DNA of 63,815 nucleotides, filler included. It is 6 parts of 6 records of this genome, joined end to end, with 100 filler letters (N's around TTAATTAATTAA, not from the genome) between each part and the next. Parts side by side here need not be neighbours in the genome. Positions count along the whole stretch, not along the records: positions 37,863 to 49,145 come from SRR20825010_1035; positions 49,246 to 53,600 come from SRR20825010_1049; 4 more parts are not named here. One strand, 5' to 3'. Below are positions 38,502-49,437 of the stretch, piece after piece. Numbering within the stretch: the stretch's first letter is position 1; each line of letters begins with the position of its first letter. The notes below the pieces were generated by a model. It was not told the DNA's origin. It saw only the letters and a list, made by a program, of their open reading frames with translations, and searched no databases. A program made the position numbers and the translations under genes.

Positions 38502-41500
38502 ATGAAAAAGCACTTTACCCTGCTTACGTTTTTCATGCTGTTAACAGTTTTTGCCCTACAGGCACAAGACAAAGTGATTAGCGGAAAAATAGTTGACACG
38601 TCAGGTGAAACAATGCCTGGCGTTACCATAATCCAGAAGGGCACTGCCAATGGCACTGCCTCTGATATTGATGGGAAATATTCATTGTCAGTTCCTGATG
38701 GAGCTACACTTGTATTTTCATTTATCGGATATTCCTCCATTGAAAAGACTGTCGGTTCAGCTAGCGTTATAGATATAACAATGCAGATAGATGAATCAGA
38801 GCTTGATGAAGTCGTAGTAATAGGATACGGAAGCCAAAAGAAAAGTGATTTGACTGGAGCTGTTGGTTCTGCGTCAGGTGAAAAACTTCAAGAGCGACCA
38901 ACATCGTCTTTACCTCAAGCGCTTTCCGGTAAGATAGCCGGTGCAAACGTGTCTCAAAACTCAGGGAAACCAGGAGGGAAAACGCAGATCAGGATTAGAG
39001 GTAATACCTCTGTGAGTCTTGACAACAGTCCTCTTTATGTAGTAGATGGGGTGATCCTTGTTTCTACTTCATTGAGTGATAATTCCAGCCCCATTGATTA
39101 CATCAATTCGAATGACATTCAATCCGTAGAAGTTCTGAAAGATGCTTCTGCCACAGCAATTTATGGCTCAAGAGGTGCCAATGGTGTAGTATTGGTAACC
39201 ACCAAAAGAGGTAGTACCTCTGGAGTGAAAATAGGATACGATTCTTATTATGGTGTAGGGAAAATCGCCAAAAAAGTGGGCGTGCTTAATTCCGAGGAAT
39301 TTTTAATGATTGAAGATGTAGCCTATCAAAATGCCGAGAAATACGATGCTGTAGGATGGGCCAACGGGAAATATACAGATCCAGCGTTAAAAAGAACTAA
39401 TCCCTTACTATTTGATGCTAATGGGAATCCTCTATATGATACAGATTGGCAGGATGAAGTTACTCAATCCGCTTTTTCCCAAAATCATCAATTGTCTTTC
39501 ACTGGCGGAAGCGAGGCGGGTAGTTTTGGTGCCTTTTTAGGATATACAGGTGAAGAGGGGATTATGAAAGAATCCTCACTCGATCGTTATTCTGCAAGAT
39601 TTGTTTTTGATACCAGTTACAAAAAGTGGTTTAAAGTAGGAGGGAGTCTCGGCTATAATCAGCAGAATGAACGACTTATTCATGATTCTTGGGTAGGTAG
39701 AAATATGATCGAAGCTATTCCAATCATCCCGGTGAAGTATGATGATGGTTCATGGGCCAGTAATTTAGATTATCCTGGCATGGAAGGCGGACCAAATCCA
39801 GTGCAGGTGGGGCAAGAATATCTCAAATACTTAAAAACCAATACAGTTTTAGGTAATGTATTTGTCAATTTCACCTTAGCTGAGGGATTGGAAATGAGAT
39901 CCTCTGTAGGTGTGAATTACATTCACCAAAAGACACAGGAGTATGCAGGTAGATCTCTCAATTTCATTGGTACGCCTACGAATGGATATGCACAAATTTT
40001 CACCAATGAGTTCTTTTCTTGGCAATTTGAAAATTACTTGACTTATAATAAAACCTTCAACGACATCCATTCCTTTACTGGATTACTTGGGATTTCCTGG
40101 CAGCAGACAGATAGGTCTAATTATAATGTTCGCGTAAACAATTTCTCAGACGATTTTTTCAGTTTCAATAATTTGGCAGCTGGATCTGTGCCAGTGGCTC
40201 CGACCTCAAGTGCATCAGTAGAGGGCATTAATTCCTATTTCGGTAGGATTAATTACGGTCTGAAGGACAAATATTTAATGACAGTAACAGGGAGGATTGA
40301 TGGTTCTTCAAAATTCGGTGAAAACAACAGGTATGCATTTTTTCCTTCAGCTGCTTTAGCGTGGAGAGTTTCTGAAGAGGGTTTTCTTTCTGGCTCATCT
40401 CTAATATCAAACCTTAAGGTTAGGTCTAGTTATGGAGAAACAGGTAACTCAGGTATTCCAGCTTACGGTGCTTTAGCTGGATTAAGCAGTGCGTATTCTT
40501 ACGTGTACGGGGGCTCAGTAGTAAAAGGAATTGGCAAAGGTTCTCTGGCTAATCCTGAGCTTAAATGGGAAAGAACAAAGCAGATTGATGCTGGGTTTGA
40601 GCTTGGCTTTTTTAATCAAAGAATCTCCCTTGAGGCCGACGTTTATCTCAAAGAAACAACCGATATGTTGTTAAATGCTCCTGTGCCCCTGAGTAGTGGG
40701 TATGCCACTGTATTTAGAAATATTGGTAGCATGGAAAATAAGGGCATAGAGCTCTCACTTAATACTGTGAATATTGAGAATGATGATTTCTCTTGGGAAA
40801 CGACGTTTAATATCTCCATGAATAAAAATGAGGTAACTGCGCTATCAGGAGGTAGTGATATCTTTTCAGGGAATACAATTATCCGTGAAGGTGAACCGGT
40901 AGGATCATTTTGGGGATGGCAACATCTTGGTACTTGGGGCTCTGATGAAGCAGATGAGGCAGCCGTTTATAATTGGCTACCAGGCGACATTAAATTGAGA
41001 GATGTCAACGAGGATGGATCTATTAATGATGCTGATAAAGTCATCATCGGAAATGGAATGCCTAAAGGATATGGAAGTTTTATCAACTCTATAAACTACA
41101 AGAATTTCGAATTTTCATTGGATTTACAATTTACCTACGGTAATGATGTGATGTATCTGACAACACGTCCTCAGGAAAACCGCCAGGGAATTGCTAATAG
41201 CCTGAGTACCGTGCTGGATGCCTGGACACTGGATAATCAGGATACGGAAATTGCCCAGTGGAGACCTGTTTCGGCTGGATATGATAACAGGGATACAGAT
41301 CACATGATCCAAGATGGTTCATTCATCAGAGGAAGAAATATGCTGTTGGCTTATAATTTCTCATCTGATCTACTGGATAAAATACATCTACAAAGATTAC
41401 GTGTGTATACCTCTTTGCAGAATTTCTTTTTGATAACGAAATATCAAGGATATGACCCAGAGGCTCAGACTTCTAACACGCCGTTTGGACAGGGTGAAGT

Positions 41501-41561
41501 GAATTTTCAGCAATATCCAAGACCAAAAGTAATTATGGTCGGATTGAATGTTTCATTCTAA
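38502..41561 (+). CDS. susC: SusC/RagA TonB-dependent outer-membrane transporter
   Basis: LDEVVVIGYG, EVLKDASATAIYGSRGANGVVLVTTKRG, DGSSKFG, LKWERT and C-terminal YPRPKVIMVGLNVSF. Confidence 0.97.
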   Translation: MKKHFTLLTFFMLLTVFALQAQDKVISGKIVDTSGETMPGVTIIQKGTANGTASDIDGKYSLSVPDGATLVFSFIGYSSIEKTVGSASVIDITMQIDESELDEVVVIGYGSQKKSDLTGAVGSASGEKLQERPTSSLPQALSGKIAGANVSQNSGKPGGKTQIRIRGNTSVSLDNSPLYVVDGVILVSTSLSDNSSPIDYINSNDIQSVEVLKDASATAIYGSRGANGVVLVTTKRGSTSGVKIGYDSYYGVGKIAKKVGVLNSEEFLMIEDVAYQNAEKYDAVGWANGKYTDPALKRTNPLLFDANGNPLYDTDWQDEVTQSAFSQNHQLSFTGGSEAGSFGAFLGYTGEEGIMKESSLDRYSARFVFDTSYKKWFKVGGSLGYNQQNERLIHDSWVGRNMIEAIPIIPVKYDDGSWASNLDYPGMEGGPNPVQVGQEYLKYLKTNTVLGNVFVNFTLAEGLEMRSSVGVNYIHQKTQEYAGRSLNFIGTPTNGYAQIFTNEFFSWQFENYLTYNKTFNDIHSFTGLLGISWQQTDRSNYNVRVNNFSDDFFSFNNLAAGSVPVAPTSSASVEGINSYFGRINYGLKDKYLMTVTGRIDGSSKFGENNRYAFFPSAALAWRVSEEGFLSGSSLISNLKVRSSYGETGNSGIPAYGALAGLSSAYSYVYGGSVVKGIGKGSLANPELKWERTKQIDAGFELGFFNQRISLEADVYLKETTDMLLNAPVPLSSGYATVFRNIGSMENKGIELSLNTVNIENDDFSWETTFNISMNKNEVTALSGGSDIFSGNTIIREGEPVGSFWGWQHLGTWGSDEADEAAVYNWLPGDIKLRDVNEDGSINDADKVIIGNGMPKGYGSFINSINYKNFEFSLDLQFTYGNDVMYLTTRPQENRQGIANSLSTVLDAWTLDNQDTEIAQWRPVSAGYDNRDTDHMIQDGSFIRGRNMLLAYNFSSDLLDKIHLQRLRVYTSLQNFFLITKYQGYDPEAQTSNTPFGQGEVNFQQYPRPKVIMVGLNVSF

Positions 41562-41578
41562 TTTAAAATAAGACACAA

Positions 41579-43093
41579 ATGAAGACTCATATAAAAAATA
41601 AGCTACAAGCCATATTTACAGGAACCCTGTTGTTATTTAGCGCAAGTTGTTCTGATTTTCTGGGAGAAACAGATCCTTCAAATATCACAGCAGATAGCTA
41701 TTACCAGACCGCAGAACATGCTCAAGCCGCAATTACTGCCGTCTATTCTAATTTGAAGGATATCAGAGGTGGTTCGTATGGAGGAGGACCTTGGTTGATG
41801 GCTGAGTTTGCCACTGGGTTGGCTGATTCAGATTTAGGACAGGCTGACAATAGTAATATCATTAGGAATTTGAATAATAACTCCGACAACGCATATGGTT
41901 TAGCTCACTGGAGATCAAATTATGAAGGTATCGCTAATGCAAACTTAGCGATAGCTAAAATTCCAGGAATCCAGATGAATGAAGAGCTCAAGAAAAAATA
42001 TTTAGGAGAAGCTAAGTTTCTTAGAGCTCATTATTATTATCAATTGGTAAGACTGTTTGGAAAGGTTCCTTTAATCTTAGATCCTATAGATTTAGCATCT
42101 AAAGATCTTTATCCTACACAAGCATCAGAAGAGGAGGTTTATACACAGATTGTAAAGGATTTGATTGAGGCAGAGGGTGCGGGCTTACCAGCCAAGGATC
42201 CTGCCGGTAAAGTTACCTCGGGAGCTGTGAAAACACTTTTATCGAGCGTTTATCTGACCATGGCTGGATATCCTTTGCAAAAAGGCGCTACTCATTATAA
42301 ACTGGCTGCAGACAAAGCCAAGGAGGTTATTGACAATGCTGTAACATTTGGTTATAGTTTGTTTCCTAGCTATGATGATCTACATAATCCAGCAAAGAAA
42401 AATATAGGTGAGAATATATTTATGGTGCAATACAAAACCCTTACAGCACCATCGAATTGGCAGCCTCTCATAATACCATATAACATGAATATCTCTGCAT
42501 ATTCTGACCAGACTGGAGCTATTTATGCTAATCTTGACTTCATTAAATCCTATGAAACAGGTGATAAAAGAATAGAAGAAAAAGCGTTCTATTTTACAGA
42601 GTATACCTTGAAAACTGACAGATCCAAAAAAGTTAATTTGGGAGGATATTTTCTCTATAAGCATTTTGATATTCAGGCAAACCTTTTGTCTGCAAGTGCC
42701 GATCTCAACTGGTCGCTATATCGCTATGCAGAGCTGTTATTAATATATTCTGAGGCTTCAAATGAAGTTGCTGGCCCGACGGCTTTGGGCTATGAGGGGT
42801 TGAATGCGATTAGAAGCCGAGCTGGGTTGACAGCTCACACAGGACTTTCTCAAAATGAATTTAGAGAAGCTGTATGGAGAGAGAAGTGGCATGAGCTCAG
42901 TTACGAAGCTGTAACTTGGTTTGATATGGTTAGGGTTAGAAAAGGGTTCAATGTAAGCAATGGTACCTTTGATGATTTTGTAGGACATCAATTTGCCTAC
43001 GGCCCTACCTTGACTGCCAGGGAATTATTATTCCCAATCCCAACAAGCGAAGTAAGAAACAACACTAATCTCATCCAGAATCCTGGTTATTAA
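41579..43093 (+). CDS. susD: SusD/RagB lipoprotein
   Basis: Lipobox SASC. GEAKFLRAHYY, YRYAELLL, ELSYEAVTWFDMVR and LFPIP...QNPGY. Confidence 0.96.
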   Translation: MKTHIKNKLQAIFTGTLLLFSASCSDFLGETDPSNITADSYYQTAEHAQAAITAVYSNLKDIRGGSYGGGPWLMAEFATGLADSDLGQADNSNIIRNLNNNSDNAYGLAHWRSNYEGIANANLAIAKIPGIQMNEELKKKYLGEAKFLRAHYYYQLVRLFGKVPLILDPIDLASKDLYPTQASEEEVYTQIVKDLIEAEGAGLPAKDPAGKVTSGAVKTLLSSVYLTMAGYPLQKGATHYKLAADKAKEVIDNAVTFGYSLFPSYDDLHNPAKKNIGENIFMVQYKTLTAPSNWQPLIIPYNMNISAYSDQTGAIYANLDFIKSYETGDKRIEEKAFYFTEYTLKTDRSKKVNLGGYFLYKHFDIQANLLSASADLNWSLYRYAELLLIYSEASNEVAGPTALGYEGLNAIRSRAGLTAHTGLSQNEFREAVWREKWHELSYEAVTWFDMVRVRKGFNVSNGTFDDFVGHQFAYGPTLTARELLFPIPTSEVRNNTNLIQNPGY

Positions 43094-43179
43094 AAATCAT
43101 GTTCAATTTGCATCAACATAAGATTCTAATTCTTTATGTGAGAATATATAGTACAATATAGAATGGGTTTTATATTTTA

Positions 43180-43229
43180 AAGGGGAGTTGGATGCTGCAA
43201 ATGCAGTAGTACTCAACTTCCTTTTTTTT
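43180..43229 (+). terminator. Terminator/attenuating hairpin after susD
   Basis: AGGGGAGTTGGA..TGCTGCA/TGCAGTA..TCAACTTCC followed by T8. Confidence 0.65.
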
Positions 43230-43306
43230 ATTGGAAAGCAATGTAAAAGAGCAATTTTTATGAAATGAATCAACTTAGCAGAAAGTATTAATTTGTATCT
43301 AAAGTA

Positions 43307-44911
43307 ATGAAACATTCGTGGAATATAATTCTTCCCTTAGCAGCTGTGTTGGGTATACTATCCTCCAAACCAGCGAATTCTCAGATAAATTCAAAACCAA
43401 ATATCATCATCATTTACACTGATGATCAAGGGTATGGGGATGTAGGAGCATTAAATCCTGATGCGAAATTCCTTACTCCAAATATGGATAAAATAGCACA
43501 TGAGGGAGTAATATTCACTGATGGGCATAGCAGTGATGCAGTCTGTACCCCATCAAGATACTCCCTTCTCACCGGAAGGTATAGCTGGCGAACATCTCTA
43601 AAAAAAGGAGTGCTAGATGCAGATGGACCAAGTCTCATCGAGGAGGGAAGAATGACCATAGCTTCCTTGCTTCAGGAAAATGGCTATAACACCGCCATGA
43701 TAGGTAAGTGGCATTTGCAGATGGAATTTGCAGGGACATTGGGTAAAGACAGGGACTGGTCTGTTCCCTTTGAGGAAGGGCCAATAGCTCATGGTTTCGA
43801 TTATTTCTATGGAATACCTGCCTCGATGAACTATGGTATTTTAACTTACTTAGAAAATGATCGAGTGCTGGATCCTCCAATTTTGTGGACGAAGAAAAAG
43901 GATGTCACCGATCCAAGGTCCTTTCAGAATCATGTCAATCCAAATGATTACAGAATGACTCCTCCTTATATGGCTGAGGCTGGCGAAGGAGGCGGATGGG
44001 TAGAGGTTGCGCCATCTTTTAATGATGAGCTTGTGTTGGAAATCCTCACTTCTCATGCTGTCGATTACATAGATAAAGCGGCGATAGAGTCAAAGAATGG
44101 GAAACCGTTTTTTCTATACTTGCCGTTGACTAGTCCACATTTGCCACATAGCACACATCCAGATTTCCGAGGACTAAGTGAATGTGGTAACTACGGGGAT
44201 TTTATGCAGGAAACGGATTTTAGGGTGGGGCAAATACTAGATGCGCTGGATGCCAATGATATTGCCAACAATACGCTGGTGATTTTTTCCTCCGACAATG
44301 GAGCTGAAACCAATTATACCTACCACCAAAAAGTATATAATCACTACAGTAATCTAACCTTCAAAGGAGGGAAACGCGATATCTATGAAGGTGGTCATCG
44401 TGTTCCTTATCTGATGCGTTGGCCGGACAAAATCAAGCCAGGAAGCCAGGTTGATATTGCAGTTAGCCAGACAGATTACCTTGCTACTGTTGCAGCTATT
44501 GTAGGAGTGACGCTTCCAGATAATGCGGGGGAAGACAGTTACGATCTTTTACCCCTGATGCTGGGGAAAAGCACTGATACGGATGTCAGGGGTGCTGTCA
44601 TTCATCATTCCGTGACAGGTCACTTTGCTATTCGTGAGGGTAAATGGAAATTGAATATGCTTCGGGGTTCTGGTGGATCATTGCAGCCAGTGTTTGTGGA
44701 AGCCAAAGAAGGAGAGCCAATTTATGAACTCTATAACATGGAAGTTGATCCAGAGGAATCGAATAATTTATTTGACCAGTATCCTGAGTTAGTTAAACAA
44801 CTCACTGCCAAGATCACTGAAATCATTTCCAACGGACGTTCTACTCCGGGGGCTCCTCAGGATTTTGTTAAGTCGGACTGGCCTCAATTGACGTGGATGA
44901 AGGTGGAGTGA
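43307..44911 (+). CDS. S1 (Cys-type) sulfatase
   Basis: PNIIIIYTDDQGYGD, CTPSRYSLLTGR, GKWHL, FSSDNG and KRDIYEGGHRVP. Confidence 0.95.
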   Translation: MKHSWNIILPLAAVLGILSSKPANSQINSKPNIIIIYTDDQGYGDVGALNPDAKFLTPNMDKIAHEGVIFTDGHSSDAVCTPSRYSLLTGRYSWRTSLKKGVLDADGPSLIEEGRMTIASLLQENGYNTAMIGKWHLQMEFAGTLGKDRDWSVPFEEGPIAHGFDYFYGIPASMNYGILTYLENDRVLDPPILWTKKKDVTDPRSFQNHVNPNDYRMTPPYMAEAGEGGGWVEVAPSFNDELVLEILTSHAVDYIDKAAIESKNGKPFFLYLPLTSPHLPHSTHPDFRGLSECGNYGDFMQETDFRVGQILDALDANDIANNTLVIFSSDNGAETNYTYHQKVYNHYSNLTFKGGKRDIYEGGHRVPYLMRWPDKIKPGSQVDIAVSQTDYLATVAAIVGVTLPDNAGEDSYDLLPLMLGKSTDTDVRGAVIHHSVTGHFAIREGKWKLNMLRGSGGSLQPVFVEAKEGEPIYELYNMEVDPEESNNLFDQYPELVKQLTAKITEIISNGRSTPGAPQDFVKSDWPQLTWMKVE

Positions 44912-44945
44912 ATTTGAAGTAGTTAAATGAGTAAAAAACAAACAC

Positions 44946-46625
44946 ATGACAGTTCATAATAGGCTAATAAGCTCTTTATCTATTTTTGCGGTAACACTAT
45001 TGTCCAGTTCTGGAATTCTGCCCTTTGAGGCTAAACAAAAGTTGCCGGGACAAGATGATTTTAAGAAGATACTTGGGGCTTCAGCAGTCAATTCTGAGGA
45101 AGAGAAAGATTCTAAACCCAACATACTTTTTATCCTGGTTGATGATTTGGGCTATTCGGATTTGAGTTATACAGGAAGTGAATATTATGAAACCCCAAAC
45201 ATAGATAGGATAGCTCACGAAGGCACCGTCTTTACCAATGGCTATGCGGCTGCTCCTGTTTGTAGCCCATCACGTGCCAGTATCATGACTGGTAAAACTC
45301 CTGCCCGACATGATATTACTGTTCATATTGGTTCTCCCTCGGGTGTAGATTGGCGTACAAGAAACCGTTTCAGTAAACTTCTTCCTGCAGATTACACACA
45401 TAATTTGCCAGCAGAATACATCACCATGCCGGAAGCTTTGCGGGAGGTTGGTTACAAAACATTTTTTGCAGGAAAATGGCATTTGGGCGATGAGGGTTCC
45501 TGGCCAGAAGATCATGGGTTTGATATCAATATCGGTGGCTGGACTTCAGGAGGACCCAATGGAGGCTATTTTGATCCCTACAACAACCCGAATTTACCAA
45601 ATAGAACTCCTGGTGAAAACTTATCCCATAGGCTCGCATACGAAACGGTGAAGTTTATGCAGGAAAATAATCCTGCGAAAACGGGAAAACCTTTCTTCGC
45701 ATTCTTGTCATTTTATGCGGTTCATTCCGCCATTCAAACTAGTCAAGAAAAATGGAAAAAATACCGGGATAAAGCCGAGCAAATGGGCTTATCAGAAACG
45801 GGATACAGCATGGGTAAATACTTGCCAATCCGTCAAGTGCAGGACAATCCAATCTATGCTGGACTGGTAGAGCAAATGGATGAAGCAGTAGGAGAGGTGT
45901 TGAGAGCTTTGGATGAGTTGGGACTGGATGAAAATACAATCGTTGTATTTACCTCGGATAATGGTGGAGTTGCTGCTGGAGATAACTTCTCCACGAGCAA
46001 CAAGCCACTGCGTGCGGGCAAAGGATATCAGTATGAAGGTGGTATCAGAGAACCTTATTTCATTAAAATTCCAGGTCTTTCCCAGCCGGGGGAGCAAATC
46101 GATTTCCCAGTATCAGGTATGGATTTCTATCCTACACTACTGGATTTGGCTGGAGCAGAACTTCTGCCTAAGGAGCACAATGATGGTATTAGTCTTCTGC
46201 CTTTGATGAAGGGAGAGGCGCTGGCTGAGCGTCCACTTTTTTGGCATTTTCCTCATTATGGTAATCAGGGCGGAGAGCCGTCATCCATTATCCGAAGAGG
46301 AGATTGGAAACTTATTCACTATTACGAAGACGGGAGGAAAGAACTATATAACCTTGCCAAGGATATAAGTGAAACAACAGATTTGTCGGAAAAGCATCCT
46401 GAAAGAGTGCAAGAAATGGGGAAGGAATTGTTTGGTTACCTGACAAAAGTTGGTGCCAAATATCCAGTTCCTGATCCGGAATACAGCGAGGCAAAGGAGA
46501 AGGAATACCTTCATAAAGTTGAATTTGAAAATATGCCTGCTTTGGAAAAACAGCGGTTAGAAATGCTTTCAAATGAGTTTGATCCCGGTAACAAGTGGTG
46601 GGGAAGCATGGTGACCCGGGATTAA
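44946..46625 (+). CDS. S1 (Cys-type) sulfatase
   Basis: PNILFILVDDLG, CSPSRASIMTGK, GKWHLG, FTSDNGG and GKGYQYEGGIREP. Confidence 0.95.
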   Translation: MTVHNRLISSLSIFAVTLLSSSGILPFEAKQKLPGQDDFKKILGASAVNSEEEKDSKPNILFILVDDLGYSDLSYTGSEYYETPNIDRIAHEGTVFTNGYAAAPVCSPSRASIMTGKTPARHDITVHIGSPSGVDWRTRNRFSKLLPADYTHNLPAEYITMPEALREVGYKTFFAGKWHLGDEGSWPEDHGFDINIGGWTSGGPNGGYFDPYNNPNLPNRTPGENLSHRLAYETVKFMQENNPAKTGKPFFAFLSFYAVHSAIQTSQEKWKKYRDKAEQMGLSETGYSMGKYLPIRQVQDNPIYAGLVEQMDEAVGEVLRALDELGLDENTIVVFTSDNGGVAAGDNFSTSNKPLRAGKGYQYEGGIREPYFIKIPGLSQPGEQIDFPVSGMDFYPTLLDLAGAELLPKEHNDGISLLPLMKGEALAERPLFWHFPHYGNQGGEPSSIIRRGDWKLIHYYEDGRKELYNLAKDISETTDLSEKHPERVQEMGKELFGYLTKVGAKYPVPDPEYSEAKEKEYLHKVEFENMPALEKQRLEMLSNEFDPGNKWWGSMVTRD

Positions 46626-46750
46626 TTCTAAGTACTTTAAGACGTAAGGAAAATTAAAAACTAATTTGACTAAGAATGACTAGAAATGGAAATAGGGATT
46701 CGGGAATGTTAATGAGATCATTTGTCTCTGAAATACACTCAGGTTTTCTC

Positions 46751-48295
46751 ATGCAAACCAAACCTACCCACTTCAAAAAAGCAGGTTTAGTCTTCTGCCT
46801 ATTTATTTTCACGGCTTCTTTTACCTTCGCCCAGCAAGTATTAAAACCTGCTACAATTTTTTCAGATCATATGGTTTTGCAACGGGAACAGCCTGTTCCT
46901 GTTTGGGGAGTAGCCACGCCCAATGAAGAAATCACAGTCACATTTGCAGGGCAAGCCAAGAGTGTAATCGCAGATAAGGAAGGTAAATGGATGGTGAAGC
47001 TAGATCCTTTAACCGCTTCTACAGTTAGTAGGGAAATGCTTATTTCTGGGACGAGTAAGGTAGTCCTATCGGATATTTTGGTTGGTGAGGTATGGATTTG
47101 CTCTGGTCAGTCCAATATGCAATTTCCTGTAGCGGCTGTTCCAGAGGTGAAGGGATTGATTCCTTTTATGAAAAACATTAGAAGTTTTGAGGTGGGACGA
47201 ACTGTATCTCTTGAAGAAAGTGAAGACGTCATAGGGGAATGGAGTACAGAACACCCTTCAAGCGCTGTAGCTTTTGGCTTTGCTTATTTTCTAGAAGAGC
47301 TTTCGGATATCCCTGTGGGAATCATTCACAGTTCCTGGGGTAGTTCTTCTTTGGAGGCATGGATGCCGAGGGATATGGGATCTGAACTTCCCTATTTTAA
47401 AGAAATAATGGATGAATTTGATGGGGACAAAGCTACTCGGGAAAGGATCACTCAAATTCTGGCCAGCCCAACCAAGTGGTCAAATCAAGATGATATTTTC
47501 CTTAGGCGTCAGCCGAATATTCTTTACAATGCCATGATAAAGCCGCTTGCTCCTTTTGCCTCCAGAGGTTTGGTGTGGTATCAAGGTGAGCGAAATACAC
47601 GATACCTATCTGGAGTGCCTGAGGTGACGGAAGAAAACTGGTTTCATCGGGTGGCTGGAATGAAAGAGTATGGAAGCGTACTCAAAGAATGGATGCTGCG
47701 CTACAGAGAGGAGTGGCAAAATGATGAAATGAACTTGCTGGTGGTGATGCTTCCAGGCTATGGAAAAGGAACTGAGAAAAAACCAGATATTGATCCGGAA
47801 GATCCTACGGAGGAATCCTGGGCTTGGATGCGGGAGTCACAGTTACAGGTGTTGGACTTGCCTTATACTGCTGTTGCCAATACGGTTGACTTAGGCGATA
47901 AGACTAACATTCATCCTACGGATAAACTTCCTGTAGGGCAGCGGTTGGCCTTACTGGCAGCTGCAAATACATTAGGGGATGATAGGCTGGTTACGGGGCC
48001 AATGATGCTTGATGTGAAAGAAAAAGGAAGTGAATTAATCGTACACTTCAGCAATGCTAAGGGGCTAAAAACCTCTGACGGCAAAGCCCCATCTGGCTTT
48101 TGGCTTGCCGACGAAGCAGGTGACTGGAAGCGAGCGGAGGCCAGATTGGAAGGAGAAAGTATTGTATTAAGTTCAGAGGGAATTTCACAACCTAAGTACA
48201 TACGTTATGCATTTGCAGGCATGCCAAAGGTAAATCTGGTCAACGAATTAGAATTGCCTGCCTATCCATTCCGAACAGATTCCTTTGAACATTGA
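46751..48295 (+). CDS. Sialate O-acetylesterase family (SASA) carbohydrate esterase
   Basis: FSDHMVLQR, GEVWICSGQSNM, WYQGE, NIHPTDK and PAYPFRTD. Start uncertain (46676 or 46751). Confidence 0.9.
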   Translation: MQTKPTHFKKAGLVFCLFIFTASFTFAQQVLKPATIFSDHMVLQREQPVPVWGVATPNEEITVTFAGQAKSVIADKEGKWMVKLDPLTASTVSREMLISGTSKVVLSDILVGEVWICSGQSNMQFPVAAVPEVKGLIPFMKNIRSFEVGRTVSLEESEDVIGEWSTEHPSSAVAFGFAYFLEELSDIPVGIIHSSWGSSSLEAWMPRDMGSELPYFKEIMDEFDGDKATRERITQILASPTKWSNQDDIFLRRQPNILYNAMIKPLAPFASRGLVWYQGERNTRYLSGVPEVTEENWFHRVAGMKEYGSVLKEWMLRYREEWQNDEMNLLVVMLPGYGKGTEKKPDIDPEDPTEESWAWMRESQLQVLDLPYTAVANTVDLGDKTNIHPTDKLPVGQRLALLAAANTLGDDRLVTGPMMLDVKEKGSELIVHFSNAKGLKTSDGKAPSGFWLADEAGDWKRAEARLEGESIVLSSEGISQPKYIRYAFAGMPKVNLVNELELPAYPFRTDSFEH

Positions 48296-48424
48296 GGAGG
48301 ATGGTTCTAGGGTAGATTTTTTGTTTTCTGACATTTATTTTATCAGTACAGAGCAGGACAATTTGGAGTGTAAACTTGGTTTCATTTGGTTAGACACAAA
48401 TCATCTTACCTAAGCTTTGTAAAA

Positions 48425-49145
48425 TTGAAAAACTTTAGAATTACAGCCCCTTTGCTTTTCATCTCATGTCTAGCTTTTTCATGCAGTGAGAAATCAACAA
48501 CCGAGGACCAAACATCTATTGAAGGAAATGCAGAGGTGGTTCTATATGACGGCAGCTGGGAAGCCTTACAGCAAATGCCAATTCCCGCTTGGTTTGATGA
48601 TGGCAAAATAGGACTTTTCATTCACTGGGGACCATACAGTGCGATTGGTTATAGAAAAGAGGGACGTGGCTATGCCGAGCACGTGCCTAAATTATTATAC
48701 AGTGATTCCTTGCATTACTTTCCGTACATGGAAGAGCGTTGGGGAGCTAAACCTCCGGAATTTGGCTATAAAGACATCATTCCAGAATTCAAAGCTGAAA
48801 AATGGAACCCAGATGAGTGGGCAACGCTTTTTGCCGAGGTAGGGGTCAAATACATTGTGCTTACAGCTGAGCATCATGACGGATTTTCCAACTGGGATTC
48901 TGATATTAATCCCTGGAATTCCATGGATATGGGCCCCAAACGGGATTTAGTAGGTGAGCTGGGAGTAGCTGTGAGGAAGCAAGGATTGAAGTATGGGCCT
49001 TCTTATCACCGGGAGCGACACACAGGTTTTTTCACCAAGGAACAATTTACTGTGTATGGCGAACCTCAGGCTGCCATTGCTGAAGAGATTCGTAGGGTTC
49101 CAGAAGCGGCTTCTCTTTATGGTCCTTTTGAATACAGTAAGGAAT
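48425..49145 (+). CDS. GH29 alpha-L-fucosidase lipoprotein, 3'-truncated
   Basis: PAWFDDGKIGLFIHWGPYS, VLTAEHHDGF and GPKRDLVGEL. Lipobox AFSC; start (TTG) uncertain. Confidence 0.9.
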
Positions 49146-49245
49146 NNNNNNNNNNNNNNNNNNNNNNNNNNNNNNNNNNNNNNNNNNNNTTAATTAATTA
49201 ANNNNNNNNNNNNNNNNNNNNNNNNNNNNNNNNNNNNNNNNNNNN
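49146..49245. other. Artificial contig spacer
   Basis: N44-TTAATTAATTAA-N44. Confidence 0.98.
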
Positions 49246-49418
49246 GGCTCGATACCGGCCATTGCAGCATACCTCTGAGATTGAATTAGGTTACATATAT
49301 TCCTCTTGGTTACCAATGGGAACCCTTGACCCAAAAGCCTTGCCCCGGCCAAATTGCCCAAAGAAGGCTTGCGGGCATTGTTTGGCCAAATTTGCCCTGT
49401 TATGGATCGGCCCGATGA

Positions 49419-49433
49419 TTAACGAAACGGTAA
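49419..49433 (+). promoter_or_regulatory. CtrA-like box upstream of the dac gene
   Basis: TTAA-cgaaacg-GTAA, one mismatch from TTAA-N7-TTAA. Confidence 0.55.
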
Positions 49434-49437
49434 CGGA

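Noticed and set aside
49246-49270. Possible minus-strand gene start (MLQWPVSS...) at the contig edge
   Set aside because: Only about 8 codons are visible, so it cannot be supported.
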